From assembly GCA_965603825.1 (NCBI GenBank), contig CBFDEM010000053.1, positions 744,001 to 808,000 on the forward strand: DNA of 64,000 nt, given 5' to 3'. The stretch is from Blepharisma stoltei ATCC 30299. Taxonomy: Eukaryota > Protista > Ciliophora. Position numbers and translations under genes: made by a program. Within the stretch, counting starts at the first letter, position 1, and each line of letters starts with the position of its first letter. This document shows, one piece after another, positions 58,780 through 64,000 of the stretch. The notes under the pieces were generated by a model, which saw nothing but the letters and a program-made list of their open reading frames with translations, was not told where the DNA came from and did no database searches.

Positions 58780-60258
58780 TTAGTCAAATCTAGTTGCATC
58801 TCTTTCGTATTTTTGTAGGATCCTCAGCTCTTCATTGGAATATTCTCTGTCTTTGAGAGGGCATGCACCGTTGCCTTGACGATAATTTTCTGTATGACAA
58901 ATAACACACACTTTATGATCTTGGCACCTGATTTCTGCATACGCCATTTGCTTTCTTGGGGTTTTGCAGATTTGGCAGACAGTAATTGTGGGCTGATTAG
59001 CCACTTTATTCGGCCGATCTCATATGTGGACTTTGGTGCTTTGCCTTACTTTTGTTATGGTTGCTATATCTGCTTCACTCATTTCTACATTACAGAAACA
59101 CTTAATTTTATCAACTCCAGTATTTTTTTGAAAAATTATATGGTCTCTTAAGCAAGGCACACAGTGTCGGTTCCCACAAGCTGGTGTTAAAAATTCGTTG
59201 TCTGTATGATTGCAGCCTGATTTTTTTTCTCCACCTCCTGTTATAATATTTATCCTTTCTTCTAGTTTAAATAAAGCTTCACTTTGAAGTTCTTCAAATT
59301 CAATAGAAATTTTTTCTAAAGAAGCTTTTAGCTCTAAAGTGATATTATTTGGGATCTGGCTTAGCGAGTACATTTCTCTCACAATGTCTCAGACTTTGTT
59401 CAAATGGCTTAAGTCTTTTGGAGTTGTTTGGGTTGATATGTTAACTTTTACGCTTTGTTTAAAAATATCATCAGTTTGGACTGACTGGTCTCTTTTTTCT
59501 ATTTTTGAGGTATTTGAGGATAAAATGACTGGTCTTGGAGGCTTGTAATTATTTTTTATTTTTTCGAATTGAATTTTTGGAAGGTGCACAAAAGGACTTC
59601 TGAAGTTAAAATTTTCATCTCTTGGGGAGCTGTCAAGCTGAGCTGCGTCTTTGTGATATAAAACGCCTCATTGGACAGCTTTACTATTATAAAACAAATA
59701 AGAAACTGGGGCTGGCATCATGGATTTATTTAAAACAAATTCATGATTGGTCATAGCCATTATATAGATTCCTATATTCACTGCTTCAGAAAACTTGTGT
59801 AGAAATGGCATCACCTCATTGATAGATAAATTGGTTCTCCTATTGAAAACGTCTGTTTCTGGGCATAAATAAGCAAAAATACATTTAATAGCCATGCTTA
59901 AGCTTTTTGCTGAGGTTTGTCTGTTTTCAGTCATGTAAACATTGAGGGTATCATATCCGTCAAATCTATCATTTGATGAAAGAAAAGATATTAGATTTTC
60001 ATAAATAAAAAATTCGTTTTCAAAGCCGGATTCTTTGGCTTTGTTTTGGATTTTTTGGTTGAGGAATTTTAGGTTTTTTCAAGAGGTTTTTGCTACTGGG
60101 CTGTTGTTAAGTCTGACTAAACTTTCAAGAGTGGAGATCCCAAAGGATAAATAAAAGGTTTGGTTTGGAGGCGATACTAAAGAGAGGTGTGAGAATTCTG
60201 AGTAATTGGGAGGCAGATTCTTTGTGGCAGCTTTTGGGAACTTTTTATAGTTTTCCAT
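58780..60258 (-). CDS. Protein with two C-terminal RING-like Cys/His clusters, ~492 aa
   Basis: Five ORF fragments in one frame joined by TGA. Clusters: CNH..ACGNRHCVPC..KCFC and CQIC..RCQDHKVCVIC..CP. Start MENYKK at 60256-60258 is inferred. Confidence 0.75.
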
Positions 60259-60935
60259 AGAAATTAAGGCTAATTTATTCTGCTGTAAAAATGCGAATAT
60301 TAAATAAGTCAAATGCTATTAATAAACCTAGATAATTAGTTTTAGGAAATTTTTATGTTTGGCTCTTTCTATTTATTTCTGAGCAGATATTGGGGAAATG
60401 TAATAGAAGATTCAATTAGAATAAATTAATGAATATATTTTATTATGACTAATGAGTCCAATATGCATTATTGACAAAGAATTATTTCCCAATCTTTATA
60501 AGCTATTTTTTAGTTAATATTTATTTTCTTAAATACCTAATAAATACTTTAAATTGAGCATAATAAAATTATTAATTTTTATCTTAATAGATAATGCTGA
60601 TATTTTTCGAAAATCGTTAATAATAATAATTATTTCTTCATGAAATTGAAAAAGCTTTAATTGCTTCGGAATAAAAAAAACCCACTAGATTTCTTAAAAA
60701 CCCTATAAATGGCTTGCATGTTTTCTTCCAGAGAATATCGATAGCAACTAACGCAGGAAATTCACTAATTGAAACTTCATTTCTACCATTGGAGAAAATT
60801 TTAGCAATAAATATGTTAGGAAAGATGGGATTTTCTGCTTGAAATTTCTTTTCCCTTTATATTTAAATAACTCTCTCTCTGAAAACAATAAAATTAATTG
60901 CTAATTAATCGTTCTTATCCGTTTTAGGCGTATAA

Positions 60936-61571
60936 ATGGAAGCGAGCCTTGAAGCAGCAGCGACTAGAGCTATCGAAGCCTGCCAAACCGAGCTTTTAGA
61001 CTTAATCAACAACCCTCAGCGCCGATGGGAAAGTCTCGACACCAAAAAAGGCATTGTTCGTTCTCGTCTCGAAACAGGGGACGGAATCAACATTGTCAGG
61101 TCTTCAGGAACCATCAATCGTCCAGCCCAACAAGTAGTAGACGCTCTCTGGGACTATTCAAGAAAGCGTGAATGGGACAAACAATGCATGGCCAGCACCT
61201 TGGTCCAAGATTTTCCATCAGGCGTCAGAGTCCTTTACAATGCTTTCAAGTCCCCTTGGCCTGTCGCTGACAGAGACTTCTGCTTTGCTATGAAAATCAT
61301 CAGAATGGGAAACCACACCTTGATCCCAGCCATCAACGTAGTGACACCTCAGTGCCCAGCAAAGGACGGGTTTGAAAGAGGAGAAATGAGGGCTTCTGGG
61401 TTTTATGTGGAAAGCTTGAGTGACGCTAACACTTGCAGACTTACCTATGTCGTAAACGTTGATCCAAAAGGATTGATTCCGAATATGGTCACTAATAAAG
61501 TCCAAGAAGAGCAGTCTATGAACGTCCACAAGCTTAGGAAATTCTTGGGAGACAGAGAAAAGCGTAGATAA
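60936..61571 (+). CDS. START lipid-transfer domain protein, 211 aa
   Basis: DYSRKREWD, SPWPVADRDF, RGEM..SGF and VDPKGLIP. Confidence 0.92.
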   Translation: MEASLEAAATRAIEACQTELLDLINNPQRRWESLDTKKGIVRSRLETGDGINIVRSSGTINRPAQQVVDALWDYSRKREWDKQCMASTLVQDFPSGVRVLYNAFKSPWPVADRDFCFAMKIIRMGNHTLIPAINVVTPQCPAKDGFERGEMRASGFYVESLSDANTCRLTYVVNVDPKGLIPNMVTNKVQEEQSMNVHKLRKFLGDREKRR

Positions 61572-61775
61572 GATATTAAAAAATATTTAAAAGAACTGAA
61601 ACTTCTTAATATAAATAATTAAAGAAAGATTTATAAAAATAAGCGTAATTTATATGATAATATTTTAATTTTTTCTAAGAATTATGCAAGACCTTATAAT
61701 TTTTCGCCTGGGTTTTAGCAGACATGATATATATCCCCTACAGAAGTCGTCATGCCTTAGATTTTATTAATAAAA

Positions 61776-62600
61776 ATGAACATCAAAGCAGCAGGTAGTG
61801 CAGGAGCAGGCCTTTCCCTTTTAGGTGCTGTTGGTGTCTTTCTTTACAACTCTCTCTTCACTGTAGACCCAGGTCACCGTGCCATTATGTACAACCGTAT
61901 CTCAGGCATAAACTCCAATAAAATTTACATTGAAGGCACCCATTTCAAGATTGTTTTTTTTGACCGTCCGATAATCTATGATGTTCGTACCCATCCACGC
62001 ATCATCAGTTCTTTGACTGGAACCAAAGATCTTCAGATGGCTAATGTCTCGCTCAGAGTTTTATCAAGGCCAAATGTTGAAGCTTTGCCTGCTGTCTATA
62101 GAACTCTTGGGAAAGATTATGACGAAAGAGTCCTTCCAAGTATTGTCAATGAAATCTTAAAATCTGTTGTGGCTCAGTTCAATGCGACTCAATTGCTAAC
62201 TCAAAGAGAACAAGTATCAAGAATGATCAGACAAAACCTTATAAGCCGTGCTAATGACTTCAATATCATTGTCGATGATGTATCAATTACACATTTAACC
62301 TTCGGGAAAGAATTCACTGAAGCTATTGAAGCTAAACAAGTAGCTGCTCAACAGGCAGAAATGGCGAAATATGTGGTCTTACAGGCTGAGCAAGAAAAAT
62401 TGGGCATGATCATCAAGGCTGAAGGAGAAGCAAAAAGCGCACAGCTTATTGGGTCTGCAATTGTGGCAAATCCTGCTTATATTAGGCTTAAGAAGATTGA
62501 GACTGCTCAAGAGATCGCAAATATACTTTCACAGTCAAGAAATAGAGTGCTGTTAAGCTCAGACTGCCTTTTAATGAATCTTAAAGATCTTTTGGACTAA
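61776..62600 (+). CDS. PHB2: Prohibitin-2 (SPFH family), 274 aa
   Basis: VDPGHRAIMYNR, RVLSRP, DYDERVLPSIVNE, AIEAKQVA and AEGEAKSAQLIG. Confidence 0.93.
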   Translation: MNIKAAGSAGAGLSLLGAVGVFLYNSLFTVDPGHRAIMYNRISGINSNKIYIEGTHFKIVFFDRPIIYDVRTHPRIISSLTGTKDLQMANVSLRVLSRPNVEALPAVYRTLGKDYDERVLPSIVNEILKSVVAQFNATQLLTQREQVSRMIRQNLISRANDFNIIVDDVSITHLTFGKEFTEAIEAKQVAAQQAEMAKYVVLQAEQEKLGMIIKAEGEAKSAQLIGSAIVANPAYIRLKKIETAQEIANILSQSRNRVLLSSDCLLMNLKDLLD

Positions 62601-62879
62601 ATTAGTTGCCCGAATTAGACTTTTAATTATAGAGTTTTATCATATAGTTGTTTTTATATAACTCGATCACGATAATTAAATAAGAGCTCAAAATTATGAG
62701 AAAATTTGGTCTTATAGTTTTTGATGATGACTTTTTGTAAAATTTTTGAGCTCTTCCTTCTTTTCTAACAATTATTTTGAATTTATAGCTTGCCAATATT
62801 TTTGCAATTTCTTTTGAAATTTTCAAAAAATATGGATAATTGCATATACAACTGAATTATAACCTAAAACTCTATTAAC

Positions 62880-63500
62880 TTAGCCTTTTACTACGAATTT
62901 TCTAATTTCGTCAACATTCATTGACTGCTCTTCTTGCACCTTATTGACAGCAAAATTTGGTATTGATCCTCTAGGATCAACATTTACAACATACGTCAAT
63001 GTGCAAGAATTATCATCTAAAGGATGTATTAAGAACCCTGAGCTCTTCATTTCACCTCTCACGTGTGAGCTTTTCTCAGGACACAAAGGAGTCACTACAT
63101 TTGCGCTTGACATCAAAATGTCAGAGCCTAAAATGACTTTTCTTGAAGCATAAACAAAGTCTCTATCAGTGACAGGCCATGGAGACTTAAAGCTGTTGTA
63201 CATAATCCTGATTCCTGAAGGAAATTCTTGGATAAGTCTTACTTCTGTGCAGCCTTTATCCCATTCCCTCTTTCTTGTATAATCTCATAGGGCATCGCAC
63301 ACTATTTGTGCAGATCTTGGGATTGTGCCTGAAGATTTGACGATATTGATGCCAGACTCGGTGTAAATTTTATGACGAGTGAGGTTGTTTTTGGCTTTTA
63401 GGGTTTCCCATTGTCTTTGAGGGTTGTTTATTAAGTCTAAAAGTTCGGCTTCTGCTCTCTCAAGACCTGTTGTAGAAATGGCTTCAATTTCTGATTCCAT
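62880..63500 (-). CDS. START lipid-transfer domain protein, paralog of 60936-61571 (~206 aa)
   Basis: Two ORFs joined by TGA at 63285 (DAL-W-DY). Shares ELLDLINNPQR, SPWPV.DRDF and NKVQEEQSMNV with the paralog. Confidence 0.92.
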
Positions 63501-63809
63501 TTATTATGTGACATCATAGGAAATGGGATTTTTATGGGTTTTTTAAGCTACTACTTTGAGAATGCTCCTTCTGTTTTGATTCTCTTTAAGGAAATATTTA
63601 TTTTTTATTGAAAATTTCCCAATTTTTTTTAATAATTTTCCAATATTTCAAGAAATATTTCTTAGGCTTCTTATTCATTAAGAATTTTCCAAATCTTCTG
63701 ATTATCTTTCTTTTGAAAATTAATTAGCTAATTTCCTTACGTCCTTTGCCATCCATATTTTGATGGCTTCAGTAAATTATCTTTCCACACAATGGATTCA
63801 TAATAAAAA

Positions 63810-64000
63810 ATGAAGAGAGTTTCCGTTGTAGAGAGAGCACTGGAGGATATTGGCTGGGGCAAATATCACAACTTTTTATTCCTCAACTGCTGTTGCGGCT
63901 GGCTTACAGCTCTTATGTGGCAATCTGCTGTTGCAAATGTTATGGCTGAATATCCAGACCTAAGTCTGTTTGAGTATACAATGCTGGGGATTTCTGTAAG
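63810..64000 (+). CDS. 5' part of an MFS transporter (SV2/SVOP-like), runs off the window
   Basis: MKRVSVVERALEDIGWGKYHNFLFLNCCCGWLTALMW resembles the 'AxxxIGxGxFH' TM1 start of SV2-like MFS proteins. Confidence 0.7.
   Translation, partial: MKRVSVVERALEDIGWGKYHNFLFLNCCCGWLTALMWQSAVANVMAEYPDLSLFEYTMLGISV

Noticed and set aside
2594-63500. Apparent mass pseudogenisation or selenoprotein/readthrough recoding suggested by many in-frame TGAs
   Set aside because: The TGAs fall at conserved Trp (not Cys) positions, frames are preserved, and paralogs alternate TGA/TGG, so this is a code reassignment.
1-64000. Prokaryotic/organellar interpretation (Mycoplasma-type code 4, operons, CRISPR, tRNA/rRNA)
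   Set aside because: The genes are eukaryote-specific (RanBP1, NEK, TTLL, F-box) with spliceosomal introns. I saw no CRISPR array, tRNA, rRNA or telomeric repeat.

Overview
AT-rich eukaryotic nuclear DNA, almost certainly from a heterotrich ciliate of the Blepharisma type (inferred). Two signatures support this. First, TGA is read as Trp: it sits at invariant Trp positions in conserved motifs, and every complete gene I reconstructed ends in TAA or TAG. Second, the six introns I found are all exactly 15 nt, GT...AG, with A at position 10. The supplied ORF track treats TGA as stop and so fragments many genes. Re-read with TGA=Trp, the window holds 34 complete genes, one partial gene and one pseudogene. 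The left part (about 1-33 kb) is looser and accessory-like. It contains a decayed APE-endonuclease/RT non-LTR retrotransposon, a 2298-aa LNR/beta-helix/multi-TM surface protein, Kelch and TPR genes, and a tandem-pseudokinase gene next to its pseudogenised twin, which is interrupted by an insertion flanked by a 9-bp direct repeat. It also contains a double Venus-flytrap multi-TM receptor, an F-box-LRR-ankyrin protein, a SET methyltransferase, an LNR-TM-RING ligase and a cyclin. The right part is very compact (several gaps of 0-30 nt). It contains NEK, TTLL, membralin-like, RanBP1, MORN and TRAF-ZF/UIM genes, four S10 serine carboxypeptidases with divergent active-site motifs, a DCC-family oxidoreductase, two START proteins flanking prohibitin-2, and the start of an MFS transporter. 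All family calls come from motif recognition by eye; no searches were run.
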